DNA of 64,000 nucleotides. It comes from an uncultured Methanomicrobiaceae archaeon. GTDB taxonomy: Archaea > Halobacteriota > Methanomicrobia > Methanomicrobiales > Methanoculleaceae. The notes under the pieces were generated by a model. That model made no database searches, was not told where the DNA came from, and saw only the letters and a list, made by a program, of their open reading frames with translations. The position numbers and the translations under genes are program-made. The DNA is taken from positions 64,001-128,000 of the forward strand of contig CAWGXH010000005.1 of NCBI GenBank assembly GCA_963826525.1. Direction: 5' to 3'. Each line of letters opens with the position of its first letter. The stretch's first letter is position 1. This document shows positions 33,451 through 43,342 of this stretch, in pieces.

Positions 33451-34736
33451 GGCTGCCGCACCTCCTGTATACGTGCGTATATCCTCCCGAGGACTTCTTC
33501 GTCGCTCGGGTAATCGGTGGTGAGCACTTTGCGCGTGCGGATAGGGACGCCGTCCATCCGGTATGCCGTGCCTTCGGCATCGATCCCGGTCACCGCGACC
33601 GGTATCTGCACATCGCAGAACGCGGTGGTTGCATTGGCATATGGATCGATCTGCACCACCGGGATATCGGCAAGGTGTTTGATGCACGCGCGGGGAAAAT
33701 GGGCTCCGGGATCGCTCGCGACGATCAGGCAGGCGTCGCACTCCTTCCGTGCGAGAATATCCACCGCGGTCGTCTCGCCTGGATTGTAGAACGCGATCCC
33801 GCGGGAGAAATCGATCCCGAACGGATACCCCGTCATCCACGTATTCACTTCGTTCGACCCGTAGACATTGTAGTGTCCGCGCATCGCCGAGATGGTAAAC
33901 TTCGTGTACCGGGAGAGTTCGTCGACGAGTTCGATGGCGTTCCGGATATTCTTGTACTTCCCCCTGGTCATGGTGAGCCCGAGCCCGAAGTAGACCGCTC
34001 CGAACTTCGCCTTTTTACAGAGATCGACGATGCGGAAGAGCTGTTCGCGGGGGACGCCTCCGACGGTGCGGGGGAGCGATTCGCCCTTGCCGCGGGCGAT
34101 CGCCCGGAGCGCCGAGAGCACCGCGTAGTCGGCACCGGGCTCTATCTGCACGAACTCGTCGGCGAGGTTCGTCGTCTCGGTCTTCCGAACATCGACGACG
34201 ATCACCTTTCGGTCGCGGAAGGCGTTCTCGAGGAAGAATCCGTCGGCATAGCGGGTGTAGCGGGAGAGGTGCCGGGGATGGGCGTCGATCGGGTTGCACC
34301 CCCAGTAGATGAGGAGATCCGCCCGGTTCTTCACCTGGCCGAGGGTGCAGCCCGGGTGGCCGACCTCCTGGATGGCCAGGATCGACGGCCCGTGGCAGAC
34401 GGACGAGGTGTTGTCGATGACGCCCCGGAGGAGTTCGGCCATATGGACGCCGACACACTGCGCCTCGCCGTGGGTGCCGCTCCACCCGTAGAGGAGCGGC
34501 CGGTCGGCCTCGAGCAGCATATCGACGGCGTACTCCACGGCCTCGTCGTATCCGATATCCTTCCAGGTATCGCCGTCGCGCCGGATAGGTCCTTTCAGTC
34601 GGTGGTCGCCGAGGAACTTGTGGTTCCCGAGCGTGCACGCGTTATCGACGGCGACGATCTTGCCGTCCTCGACCGTCACCTCGATATCGTCGCAGAGGCA
34701 GCCGCAGAAGGGGCAGACGGCATCTTTAATGATCAT
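33447..34736 (-). CDS. fwdB: Formylmethanofuran dehydrogenase subunit B (Cys-type)
   Basis: CPFCGCLCDD, SVCHGP, MRGHYNV, GTAYRMDGVP. Confidence 0.95.
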   Translation of the reverse strand: MIIKDAVCPFCGCLCDDIEVTVEDGKIVAVDNACTLGNHKFLGDHRLKGPIRRDGDTWKDIGYDEAVEYAVDMLLEADRPLLYGWSGTHGEAQCVGVHMAELLRGVIDNTSSVCHGPSILAIQEVGHPGCTLGQVKNRADLLIYWGCNPIDAHPRHLSRYTRYADGFFLENAFRDRKVIVVDVRKTETTNLADEFVQIEPGADYAVLSALRAIARGKGESLPRTVGGVPREQLFRIVDLCKKAKFGAVYFGLGLTMTRGKYKNIRNAIELVDELSRYTKFTISAMRGHYNVYGSNEVNTWMTGYPFGIDFSRGIAFYNPGETTAVDILARKECDACLIVASDPGAHFPRACIKHLADIPVVQIDPYANATTAFCDVQIPVAVTGIDAEGTAYRMDGVPIRTRKVLTTDYPSDEEVLGRIYARIQEVRQP

Positions 34737-35115
34737 AGGCCAGCCCTCCGAGTTCTGCCATCAGTTCGTAGACGGTCTTGCGGGCTTCGTCGGTCGGTTC
34801 GATCGTCACTTCGGTCGACTTGAAGTCGGGCATCCCCGTCGAGTGGGTCTCTCCGTCGATGATGTGGTTCGCATACGGCCCGTAGGGCACGAAGATCGTC
34901 CCCGGTTTGAGGTGCTCGTCGGATACGACCGTGAGGACGACCTCGCCGAAGGGGCTCGTCACCCGCACGTTCTCCCGGTCGTCGACGCCGAGATCCATCA
35001 TGTCGAAGAGGTGCATGAAGCAGGTGCCGGTCTCGTCGTTGTAGGCGACCGACCGCTTGTTCTCCACGTTCACGCCCTGGTTCACCGTCCGCCCCGTGTT
35101 CATCAGAAACTTCAT
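34726..35115 (-). CDS. fwdD: Formylmethanofuran dehydrogenase subunit D
   Basis: NTGRTVNQG, FVPYGPYAN, TGMPDFKS. Confidence 0.92.
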   Translation of the reverse strand: MKFLMNTGRTVNQGVNVENKRSVAYNDETGTCFMHLFDMMDLGVDDRENVRVTSPFGEVVLTVVSDEHLKPGTIFVPYGPYANHIIDGETHSTGMPDFKSTEVTIEPTDEARKTVYELMAELGGLAYDH

Positions 35116-35717
35116 GCCGCTTCCTCCTGGATGCCTTCGACCATCCGGGCGACGCGGATGGCCTTGTTCGGGCAGTTGTTCTCGCAGGTCTTGCATCCGA
35201 CGCACTTCTCCTCGTGGATAACCCGGAGGCGCCCGCCCTCGACCTTCATGATAACCTCGTCGTTTGCGGAGGTGCCGGTGGATGCGAGCTGCGGGTCCTC
35301 GCGTTTGTTGACCGGGCAGGAGACGGCGCAGTTCCCGCACCGCATGCAGAGGACGTCGTCGACGGTGAGGCGGTACCACGACCGAAAGAGCGTCTTCTCC
35401 TGCTGCTGCCGGTCGAGCACCCGCCCGCTCCAGAGAACGTCTTCGGGGCATGCCTCGACGCAGAGACCGCAGCGGATGCAGTGTCCGCGGTGGATCATGG
35501 GTTTCCAGTGGTCCTGGTGGTAGAGGACCTCGATCGCTCCTGGGGCCGGACAGATCATCATGCAGCTCAAGCAGGCCGTGCACTCGTGTCCGGTCGGCAG
35601 CGGGTAGTCCTTGAAGTAGGGGGGCGAGACCAGCGGAGCGGTCTTTGCGAAGAAGAACTTTCGGAGCCACTCCATCCGCAGGAATTCGCGGAAGTACCAG
35701 GTGATTGACAGACCCAT
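35112..35717 (-). CDS. 4x[4Fe-4S] protein: EhaP-like N-half plus FwdG-like C-half
   Basis: Four CxxCxxCxxxCP motifs; WYFREF.R..W N-terminus; C..CGNC.VSCPVN. Confidence 0.75.
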   Translation of the reverse strand: MGLSITWYFREFLRMEWLRKFFFAKTAPLVSPPYFKDYPLPTGHECTACLSCMMICPAPGAIEVLYHQDHWKPMIHRGHCIRCGLCVEACPEDVLWSGRVLDRQQQEKTLFRSWYRLTVDDVLCMRCGNCAVSCPVNKREDPQLASTGTSANDEVIMKVEGGRLRVIHEEKCVGCKTCENNCPNKAIRVARMVEGIQEEAA

Positions 35718-35731
35718 ATCCTTTGTCTCTC

Positions 35732-36823
35732 CTACCGCTCGTTGCAGGCGATGCAGGGATCGCTGCTGATGAACGTCGACGTCACGTCGGCGATCGAGGT
35801 TGCACCGGTGATCATGTGGTGGGCGCAGGCCTCGATATTCATGATGGACGGTGTCCTGATGGCGATATCGAGGATCCGGCCGTACTCATCTGATTTGATC
35901 GAGTAGGTCAGCTCGCCGCGGGGTGCTTCGCCCTGGTAGACGATCTCGCCGGCACTGCAGACGCCGCCGCCGCGGATAGACCCGCCCTCCGGCAGCCGGT
36001 CGACACACTGCCGGATGAGATCGATGCTCTGGAAGACCTCCTGGAACCGGACCATGATCCTGGCGAAGTTGTCGCCCTCCGTCCTGTAGATCGGTTCAAA
36101 GTCGAGCTGCCGGTAGGTCGGATGGCAGAGCCGGCGATCGCACTCCGGCACACCGCTCGCTTTTGCCGTCGGGCCGACGGCGTGCGCCTCGATCGCCTTT
36201 TCCCGGGTCAGGATGCCGATCCCCTTGCTCCGAAGAGCGATCAGGGGGCCGGTCTCGAACATCCCGACATAGCGCTGCATATCCGCCTCGACTTTTGCAA
36301 GGTCCGCGAGAAGTGCGGCTTTGTCCTCTTCCGACAGGTCGAACCGCACGCCGCCCGGGATCATGTAGGCGGTGTTGATCCTTGATCCGGTGATCCGCTC
36401 GAGGTTGTCGAGAACGGTCTCACGGACGTTCAACAGGTACATCCCGAGGGTCTCGTGCTCGATCGTGTAGCAGTAGGAGAAGTTCGCGAGGATGTGGCTT
36501 GCTATCCGGTCGAGTTCGTTGACGGCGACCCGGAGGTATGCGGCTCTCGGCGGCACTTCGATCCCGCTGATCCCTTCCATCGCCTCGATGAAGACCATGT
36601 TGTGGACGACGGAGCAGATGCCGCAGACGCGCTCTGCGAGGAACATCACCTCCTGCCAGGGGCGTCCCCGCATGATCCGCTCGATCCCTTTCTTCATGTA
36701 TCCGAGTTCAACCTCGGTCCGGAGCACGCGCTCGCCGCTCGTCTCGCACTTCAGGCGGACGGGCTCTTTCCAGCAGGGGTGCACGGGGCCGAGGGGAATG
36801 GATACGTCGACAGTCTTCTTCAT
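35732..36823 (-). CDS. ehaO: Energy-converting [NiFe]-hydrogenase A large subunit
   Basis: ERVCGICS..H (L1) and DPCIACNER (L2); group 4 features. Confidence 0.92.
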   Translation of the reverse strand: MKKTVDVSIPLGPVHPCWKEPVRLKCETSGERVLRTEVELGYMKKGIERIMRGRPWQEVMFLAERVCGICSVVHNMVFIEAMEGISGIEVPPRAAYLRVAVNELDRIASHILANFSYCYTIEHETLGMYLLNVRETVLDNLERITGSRINTAYMIPGGVRFDLSEEDKAALLADLAKVEADMQRYVGMFETGPLIALRSKGIGILTREKAIEAHAVGPTAKASGVPECDRRLCHPTYRQLDFEPIYRTEGDNFARIMVRFQEVFQSIDLIRQCVDRLPEGGSIRGGGVCSAGEIVYQGEAPRGELTYSIKSDEYGRILDIAIRTPSIMNIEACAHHMITGATSIADVTSTFISSDPCIACNER

Positions 36824-37278
36824 TTCTGTTTCTTCTCCTCGTAGTCGTTAAACAGCGTCGGCGCAAGCGCGAGGATTGCGCTTAAGATCTCCGTCGGCCG
36901 GGGCGGGCACCCCGGCACTTGGGCTGCGATGGGGATGTACTTGGCCACCGGCGGTTCGATGTACGAGTGCCACCGGTTGAAGACGCAGCCTGAGATTGGG
37001 CAGTTGCCGACGGCTATCGCCACCTTCGGCTCCGGGATCTTCTCCCAGAGTTCCGGGAGCTTATCCACCCACTGTGGTGTCATGGACCCGATGACGAGCA
37101 GGACATCCGCCTCCCGCGGGTTATTGTGAACGTAAATGCCGTACTGTTCGATATCGTACCGGGGTGCGAGGCATGCAAGCACCTCAATGTCACAGCCGTT
37201 GCAGGACCCTACGTCGACGTAGGCGACGTGAATCGAGCGCGAACGGACGGTGTTTTTGATCTTCTGAAGAATGCTCAT
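36820..37278 (-). CDS. ehaN: Eha hydrogenase small subunit
   Basis: GSCNGCDIE, NPREAD, GNC, PGCPPRP. Confidence 0.92.
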   Translation of the reverse strand: MSILQKIKNTVRSRSIHVAYVDVGSCNGCDIEVLACLAPRYDIEQYGIYVHNNPREADVLLVIGSMTPQWVDKLPELWEKIPEPKVAIAVGNCPISGCVFNRWHSYIEPPVAKYIPIAAQVPGCPPRPTEILSAILALAPTLFNDYEEKKQK

Positions 37279-37662
37279 CGCCTGATCGCCTCCCGTATCT
37301 GTGCCTTCCCTTCGTCGATCGCCGGTAACTCCGGTGTTCCTCCGGCGATCGCCGCTTTGACATCGCTGCAGATCGTCTCCATCGTCCCGGGTTCGACCAG
37401 GGGGATGAAGCGGGTGAAGAGCTCGCACCCGAGTCTTTCGGCGATCGGATCGGTCTTGTCGGCATAGCAGGAGCCCCATCTCGTAGCGGGCCTGAAGATT
37501 CTCGAGGAGCGACATGTCGAAATCCCGGATCAGGATCATCCGGAGTTTCTGGTCGCTTATATCAAGGCGCCGGGCGATCTGCTTGACGGCAAGGTCGTGC
37601 CGGGTGCTCGTCAGGATATTGTACTTCATCTGCCGGAGATCCTTTTCGTACAGGTACTTCAT
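37275..37662 (-). CDS. ehaM: Eha subunit M-like (DUF1959), frameshift near 37470
   Basis: MKYNIL.S.RH...; position immediately upstream of ehaN. Confidence 0.7.
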
Positions 37663-37904
37663 AGGAGGCCGCCTCCGATCAATGCGTAGACTGCAAAACA
37701 GAGGACGCCTGCCCAGAGCAGGGTCATCTCGTAGCGTTTGAGGGCAAGGCTCTCGCGCTGCCACGTGAGCGCGGCGGCAGCAGCGAGCAGAATGATGCCG
37801 GCCGCCGCCTGCGCGAGTACGCTCTCGTTCATGGCCACCTGGACCAGAATCACTGCAGTATAAAATACGGCCCCGAGCGTGATAAGCGTGCGCACCACAT
37901 TCAT
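37659..37904 (-). CDS. Small Eha membrane subunit (K/L position)
   Basis: Three TM segments; overlapping start/stop within the operon. Confidence 0.65.
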   Translation of the reverse strand: MNVVRTLITLGAVFYTAVILVQVAMNESVLAQAAAGIILLAAAAALTWQRESLALKRYEMTLLWAGVLCFAVYALIGGGLL

Positions 37905-38746
37905 CCTGTAATCACCCCGAGAACAATGATATAGACGACGATCGCCCCGGTCACCAGGCTCTGCACCGTGACGGTATCGTACGGGGAGAGCATGGGCGAG
38001 ACCGCGCAGACGAACGAGAGCGATATGAGGACGAGGAGCATCACGAGCAGGGCTACGAGGAGGGGCAGCTGCCCGATGAAGATGAGCACGAAGGCGTAGA
38101 GGAGCACGTAGGTCTTGATCGCATACGCAACCTCGAGGCCTGCCCGCCAGACGCCGAAGTGTTCGGTCATGTTGCCGCTCACGATCTCTTTGGCCTCGAT
38201 GATGGCAAAGGGGCTGTAGTGGAGCTTCGAGAGGATCACGAGGTACATCGCGACCGCTGCCGGGAAGGCGGCGATGAGCAGCGGGCCATGCGCCTGCTGG
38301 TAGGCGATGATGTCCGAGAGCATCAGCGAGTGCGTGAAGAAGTATATGACGCCGATCGTTGCAAGGAGCGGCAGTTCCGACGCCGCGGAGATGACCGATC
38401 GTATCGCCCCGAACTTTCCGTACGGCGAGCCGGACGAGAGCCCGAGTCCGTGCTCCACGATCTTGTGGATCATGTAGACGCCGAAGAGCAGCAGGATGCT
38501 TCCGCCGGAGAGCAGGATGAAGAGCGAAGCGCTCCAGATACCGATCGCCACGAGCACGACCGCGACGAAGAGCGTCCGGCTTGCTGTCCGGGGTATCCAG
38601 GTCTCCTTGAACGAGAACTTCAGCGTATGGAGAATCTCCTGCCAGATCGGCGGGCCGGGGCGGCCCTGCACCCGTGCTATGACTTTCCGGTGAATGCCGT
38701 GAAAGAGCAGCCCGACGAACAGTGCGAAGATCAGGTATTCTATCAT
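37901..38746 (-). CDS. ehaJ: Eha subunit J (NuoH/ND1-like)
   Basis: RKVIARVQGRPGPP, SGSPYGKFGAIR, EIVSG..TEH.G. Confidence 0.88.
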   Translation of the reverse strand: MIEYLIFALFVGLLFHGIHRKVIARVQGRPGPPIWQEILHTLKFSFKETWIPRTASRTLFVAVVLVAIGIWSASLFILLSGGSILLLFGVYMIHKIVEHGLGLSSGSPYGKFGAIRSVISAASELPLLATIGVIYFFTHSLMLSDIIAYQQAHGPLLIAAFPAAVAMYLVILSKLHYSPFAIIEAKEIVSGNMTEHFGVWRAGLEVAYAIKTYVLLYAFVLIFIGQLPLLVALLVMLLVLISLSFVCAVSPMLSPYDTVTVQSLVTGAIVVYIIVLGVITG

Positions 38747-38747
38747 G

Positions 38748-38954
38748 TCAGTATCCTATGAACGGGATGTCCGCAACTCCATCCGATGCGCTCCACCACA
38801 GTGCCAGGAATACGACGAAGAGTGGAAACGCGAAGATGAGCAGTATCTCCGCGACCCAGAGGTCGAGGAAGCCTGCCGCCGCCGCGACCGCCGCGGCCAG
38901 GCAGACGATTCCGGTGATCGCTGCAATACTCAGTGAACGCTGTTTTGGCATCAT
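38748..38954 (-). CDS. Small Eha membrane subunit (I position)
   Basis: Two TM segments, DIPFIGY end, operon position. Confidence 0.55.
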   Translation of the reverse strand: MMPKQRSLSIAAITGIVCLAAAVAAAAGFLDLWVAEILLIFAFPLFVVFLALWWSASDGVADIPFIGY

Positions 38955-38958
38955 CTCA

Positions 38959-39636
38959 TCACATCGATATGACTATCTCAACCACCCGCAGGAAGACGAG
39001 CAGGGAACTGACGTGGACCATCAGGATGTAGGGAGCCCCCTGGGCACGGGTGATCTCCGCTTTTGCCACGTAGAACGGTGCCATTCCTTCGCCCATCACC
39101 CCGAGGACGAGGAAGATCTTTGCAATGAGCGGCACTGCGATTGCGGGCAGGTAGAGTTCCCACAGGCTCAGCGTGCCGGTCGTTGCAAGGACGATCGCCG
39201 CTCCCCCGAAGAGCGGCACCGTGGCGAGCATCGCGACGATGCCGTACTGGAAGGCGGCGTTCAGGACGTGTTTGTTCCGGTACGCCGCGACGATGCCGAT
39301 GTTGGTGATGCCCACCATCGAGACGAAGAGAGTGTAGTTGAAGACGTCGCCGCTCACAACGGCACCGAGCGTGGCAAGGCCGCAGGCGATTGCCATGAAC
39401 CGCTGGAACCGGAGCAGTTTCGGGTCGATCTCCTTCGTGTAGTAGGCGTCGCCCCCAAACGCGATATCGACCATCCGTTCCGGCCTGCTGACGATCGCAA
39501 GGATGGTGAAGATGAGGGCGAAGGCAAAGAGCGCGGCGGTGTAGACGCTGAAGTAGTCGACGATATCCCCGAACTCCAGGACGAAGAGCTCGCTGCCGCC
39601 GATGTTCGTTACCGGGAGATTAAACATTCGCACCAC
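38959..39636 (-). CDS. ehaH: Eha subunit H (antiporter-like)
   Basis: GDVFNYTLF, LNAAFQYG, GEGMAPFYVAKAE. Confidence 0.8.
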   Translation of the reverse strand: MVRMFNLPVTNIGGSELFVLEFGDIVDYFSVYTAALFAFALIFTILAIVSRPERMVDIAFGGDAYYTKEIDPKLLRFQRFMAIACGLATLGAVVSGDVFNYTLFVSMVGITNIGIVAAYRNKHVLNAAFQYGIVAMLATVPLFGGAAIVLATTGTLSLWELYLPAIAVPLIAKIFLVLGVMGEGMAPFYVAKAEITRAQGAPYILMVHVSSLLVFLRVVEIVISM

Positions 39637-40225
39637 CCCGCATCGTCCCGATGAGGGACATCTTTGCCATCACTTTTACCAGGATCGCTCCACCGGCGAT
39701 CATCACGCCGAAGAACCAGTACACCGGCAGGAACATGAAGATGAAGAATGCCCCTATCCAGAAGACCCAGGCATAGCCGCTGACGGTCTCGATGAGGTCG
39801 AACCGCTCGTCGTGCCCCTTGCAGAGGAAGTAGAAGATAGCGCCCACGGCGGCTATCGCCCCGCCGGTGAACCCGGAGAGGACGATGCCGTACGCGACCA
39901 GGATCAGCGCCATTAGCCCTGGTGCGCTCTCCATCACCTCGATCCGGAGCGGCGGGGTGGCTGGTGGCGTCCTCAGGTCTTCTTTGGCGAGGTAGACCTC
40001 CGAGACGGCTAAGAGTTCGGATATCCCGACGACGAGGCCAGGGAGGATGAGCGCCTCGGCAAGGTCGGTGGCGACGAAGGCGATGAGCGCGAGCGCCAGG
40101 ATCTCGGCAAGATCCGTCAGGAGTATCCGGTGCAGGTCGTCCCGCTCCCGTATGAGGGCGTAGAACCCGATGACGATCCCGAGGAAGACGACGAGCAGGC
40201 CGAGGCTGTAGGTCGGATCCATCAA
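39620..40225 (-). CDS. ehaG: Eha subunit G
   Basis: TDLAEALILPGLVVGISEL, SGFTGGA. Confidence 0.8.
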   Translation of the reverse strand: MMDPTYSLGLLVVFLGIVIGFYALIRERDDLHRILLTDLAEILALALIAFVATDLAEALILPGLVVGISELLAVSEVYLAKEDLRTPPATPPLRIEVMESAPGLMALILVAYGIVLSGFTGGAIAAVGAIFYFLCKGHDERFDLIETVSGYAWVFWIGAFFIFMFLPVYWFFGVMIAGGAILVKVMAKMSLIGTMRGGANV

Positions 40226-40686
40226 TCGGCCCTCCTGAAGAGGTATGCGGCGATGGCGAACGCTATGAAGAGGATGCTCGTCTCCGCGACCGTATCGAGC
40301 CCCCGGGTGTTGTAGAGGATCTCGTCGATGATGCCGCCCGGGTGCGAGACGATCGTCGTGCCGAGATGGAACGTCTGCTCTGCCAGGAACGCTGAGAACG
40401 GCGTCAGGTACGCCGTGACGTAGCCGAGATACGGGGAGTTCTCCGGGTACTGTGCTACGACATCCGTCTTACCGAACGGCTCCCCGCCCCGGTCGTAGGG
40501 ATTGAGGCTGCTTGCCGGATCGATTGTCTTCGGATACAACTGGTTTTCGTCGTACCCGACGAACGGCAGCGTAACAATGCCGATGACGACGGCCGCCACG
40601 ACCAGCAGCGCATAGAGGGCCGAGAGATTCTCGTAGTTCGAGACCGTCCGGGATATCCTGCTGATGATAAGACCTGGTCGTTTCAT
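40222..40686 (-). CDS. ehaF: Eha subunit F
   Basis: PYDRGG, GTTIVSHPGGIIDEILYNTRGLDT. Confidence 0.82.
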   Translation of the reverse strand: MKRPGLIISRISRTVSNYENLSALYALLVVAAVVIGIVTLPFVGYDENQLYPKTIDPASSLNPYDRGGEPFGKTDVVAQYPENSPYLGYVTAYLTPFSAFLAEQTFHLGTTIVSHPGGIIDEILYNTRGLDTVAETSILFIAFAIAAYLFRRAD

Positions 40687-40919
40687 GGCTCGCCCCTCCG
40701 TTCGATGACCCGTACCAGGACGAAGGTCGAGATCGCCGTCACCCCGACGAAGGTGAGCAGCGCCAGCGTCTCGTTGAACGAGAGCATGATCAGGAGCAGC
40801 CCGAATGCCGGGATCTCGAGATTGATCAATCGACCGACGTAGGTCTTCTCCCGCGGGAACCCCACGGCGACGATCCCGATGAGGAGGATCGCACAGCCGA
40901 GGAGGAACTCGGGGCTCAT
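40683..40919 (-). CDS. ehaE: Eha subunit E
   Basis: RLINLEIPAFG...ALLTF; operon order. Confidence 0.75.
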   Translation of the reverse strand: MSPEFLLGCAILLIGIVAVGFPREKTYVGRLINLEIPAFGLLLIMLSFNETLALLTFVGVTAISTFVLVRVIERRGEP

Positions 40920-41146
40920 GCCGCACTCCTCCTGCAGACGAGCAGGATGATGATCGTCGTCACCGGGATAATGAGCCCGACGGCGATGGCGACGTCCAGG
41001 TACCCGCGGTCGACGAGGAACGGTAGAACGCCCCCGGCGATGATCCCGACGGAGATCAGTTTGTTGAAGGAGTCGGTCTGCAGAAGAGCGCTCACCGCCC
41101 CGATGAGGGCGATGGCTCCGTAGAGAACCGCGAGCAGGTCATTCAT
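40916..41146 (-). CDS. ehaD: Eha subunit D
   Basis: NKLI...GYLDVA...P; operon order. Confidence 0.72.
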   Translation of the reverse strand: MNDLLAVLYGAIALIGAVSALLQTDSFNKLISVGIIAGGVLPFLVDRGYLDVAIAVGLIIPVTTIIILLVCRRSAA

Positions 41147-41393
41147 CCTTCGGTACCCCTCCCGCATAGGTGCTCGCGATTGCGTTCGATTCAAGAGTCG
41201 AGCCCACGAAGTACGCCGCGGCCGCGACGAGCGAGAGCGGGTGATCGAGCAGCAGGACGAGCGATCCCGCTATGGCGAAGTTCATGGCGTTGAGGTAGGG
41301 AAGTTTCCTGCCCGTCTTCCCTTCAAAGACCGCCCGGAGAGCGGCAAAGACCGCAATGGCGCCGAGGAGCGGAAGCGCGATCACGATCGCCAC
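41139..41393 (-). CDS. ehaC: Eha subunit C
   Basis: KLPYLN..NF.IAG...YF.GSTLESNAIA; GTG start inferred. Confidence 0.72.
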   Translation of the reverse strand: MAIVIALPLLGAIAVFAALRAVFEGKTGRKLPYLNAMNFAIAGSLVLLLDHPLSLVAAAAYFVGSTLESNAIASTYAGGVPKDE

Positions 41394-41866
41394 TCCCAGA
41401 GCCGTCCGAGGAGGGCGCTCGCGTGAACGTGCGATATCCCCTGGATCGCGAGAATCGCGACGACCGTTCCGGCGATGAAGTCGGAGGCGGCAAACCCTGC
41501 AAGGGTAAATCCGTACACCACGAACGTGGCGATGACAGCTCCCGTTGTCCCGGCATATCCCGGGTCGTGGCAGATGCGGTTTCCGATGTAGACGAGCACC
41601 GCTGCTGCAAGACCTCCCGGAATCCCGGCCACGTAGACGCCGCACGCGGCGAGCAGGGTTCCCGCGGAGGCATCGGGGGAGCAGACGATATTCCCCATCA
41701 TGGTGCCGCCGTGCAGGGAACCGCCGCCGTCCGTGATGTCTTTGGCTATAGCGGATGCTCCGCTGACGCCTCCTGCCTCCGGTAACCGGAAGAGAATGTC
41801 GATTGTTACGAACAGAGCCCAGCTGATGATCGCCGCTGCCAGGATGTGAATGAGTTCATTCAGCAT
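41381..41866 (-). CDS. ehaB: Eha subunit B
   Basis: LPE..GV.GA, GNIVCSPDASAGTL, GNRICHDPGYAGT. Confidence 0.8.
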   Translation of the reverse strand: MLNELIHILAAAIISWALFVTIDILFRLPEAGGVSGASAIAKDITDGGGSLHGGTMMGNIVCSPDASAGTLLAACGVYVAGIPGGLAAAVLVYIGNRICHDPGYAGTTGAVIATFVVYGFTLAGFAASDFIAGTVVAILAIQGISHVHASALLGRLWEWRS

Positions 41867-42134
41867 CGGTACTCCAACTATGGAAAAATACGTGCGGTCT
41901 ATTCGATAAAGGTTTTCATGTTACCATCTTTCCCGTTTCGTTCCGGGAGATCGGGTTTTCTGCCGCCACTACGGATGCCCCGGATTTCTACGACGTATGG
42001 TATAATATATATAATTAATACTGCATATCAGTAACCGTCATCGGATTCTCACGTACCGCCGCAGGGCGGCCACGGGCTTATAGGAATCCCGGGCAGGAGC
42101 GGCGGGGTGCGCCGGGTGGAATTCCGAGTGCATT

Positions 42135-43229
42135 ATGTACTCTTTAGATCCAATCCTTGAAGAGAGCGCCATGCCGTCCAGTACCCCGCGCATCGATCCC
42201 GTCACGCTCGCGCTTCTTTCCGGCATTCTCATTGCTGCCGCCGCTCTCTTCTGGCCGCTCCTCGACGTGGTCGTCCTTGCCCTCTCGGTTGCCGTGGTGA
42301 TCTATCCCGTTCACCGCTATCTCTCCCGCTTTCTGCCCGGAGCGGCGGCGGCCGGGGTGACGGTGGCGGCCGTCGTCGTCGTCCTTCTGGCATCCGGAGC
42401 CTTCGTCGCTCTCGTGCTCGCCCAGAATGCGGAGTACCTTACCGGGATCGTCGGGATCATCGCCGACTGGATCGCCGCACCGACGCTCGGCGAGACAGGG
42501 GCGGTGCTCCCGATACCACAGGGCGAAATAGCGGAACTGTTTGCCGGGCAGGCCGCGAGCCTGGAGAGGTCCCTCACCGGTATGGCAGAGCTCGCCCCGA
42601 TCATGGTCGTCAAGATCATCGTCTTCTTTCTCACGCTGTACGTTGCCCTGCATAAGGGCGCCGAGGCCGTTGCCGGGCTCGTGGCTCACCTGCCCGCGAC
42701 GTTCGGGGATGCAATCGGCCGGATGTCGAAGGTCACCGTCGACACCCTCTACGCCATCTACGTGGTGCACGTGGCGACGTCGGTCATCACCTTCTTTCTT
42801 GCACTCCCCTTCTTCTACGCCCTCGGCTACGGGCACGTCCTCTTCTACTCGGTCATGGCCGGAGCCTTCCAGCTCGTGCCGGTCATCGGCCCATCCCTGA
42901 TCATGCTCTTCCTCGGTATCTTCGCTCTCTCGACCGGGGACGTCAGGGGAGCGATCTTCGTGGCGCTGGTCGGCTATCCGATCGTCTGTGCCCTGCCCGA
43001 CATCTACTTCCGTCCGCTGATGATGGGGCGGCGAGCCAGCATTCATCCGGTGATCATGTGGATAGGGTTCTTCGGCGGGCTTGCCGTCATGGGCATCATC
43101 GGATTCGTCCTCGGGCCGCTCTTCCTCGCGCTGCTCGTCGCAGGATACGCCATCCTGATCCGCGACCGTAAATCCGCCGCTGCTGCCCCTGTTTTGCAGG
43201 AATCGCCGGAGCTTCGGAGCAAGGTATAA
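42135..43229 (+). CDS. AI-2E family transporter
   Basis: PVIGP, RP..MG....IHP, GG....G..G...GP motifs. Confidence 0.88.
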   Translation: MYSLDPILEESAMPSSTPRIDPVTLALLSGILIAAAALFWPLLDVVVLALSVAVVIYPVHRYLSRFLPGAAAAGVTVAAVVVVLLASGAFVALVLAQNAEYLTGIVGIIADWIAAPTLGETGAVLPIPQGEIAELFAGQAASLERSLTGMAELAPIMVVKIIVFFLTLYVALHKGAEAVAGLVAHLPATFGDAIGRMSKVTVDTLYAIYVVHVATSVITFFLALPFFYALGYGHVLFYSVMAGAFQLVPVIGPSLIMLFLGIFALSTGDVRGAIFVALVGYPIVCALPDIYFRPLMMGRRASIHPVIMWIGFFGGLAVMGIIGFVLGPLFLALLVAGYAILIRDRKSAAAAPVLQESPELRSKV

Positions 43230-43257
43230 ATCCGGCACTCTTCCACAGTATAGGGAA

Positions 43258-43342
43258 GCGAGGGTTGCCGAGCCTGGTCAAAGGCGCAGGGCTTAGGACC
43301 CTGTCACGAAGGTGTTCGAGCGTTCGAATCGCTCCCCTCGCA
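43258..43342 (+). tRNA. tRNA-Leu(TAG), no intron, CCA not encoded
   Basis: Acceptor stem GCGAGGG/CCCTCGC-A, anticodon arm CAGGG-CTTAGGA-CCCTG, long variable arm, GTTCGAATC T-loop; TATA-like GGTATAAA about 30 nt upstream. Confidence 0.95.

Noticed and set aside
33447-34736. Selenocysteine-type FwdB or Sec/Pyl recoding
   Set aside because: The active-site position is Cys (SVCHGP) and there is no in-frame TGA/TAG.
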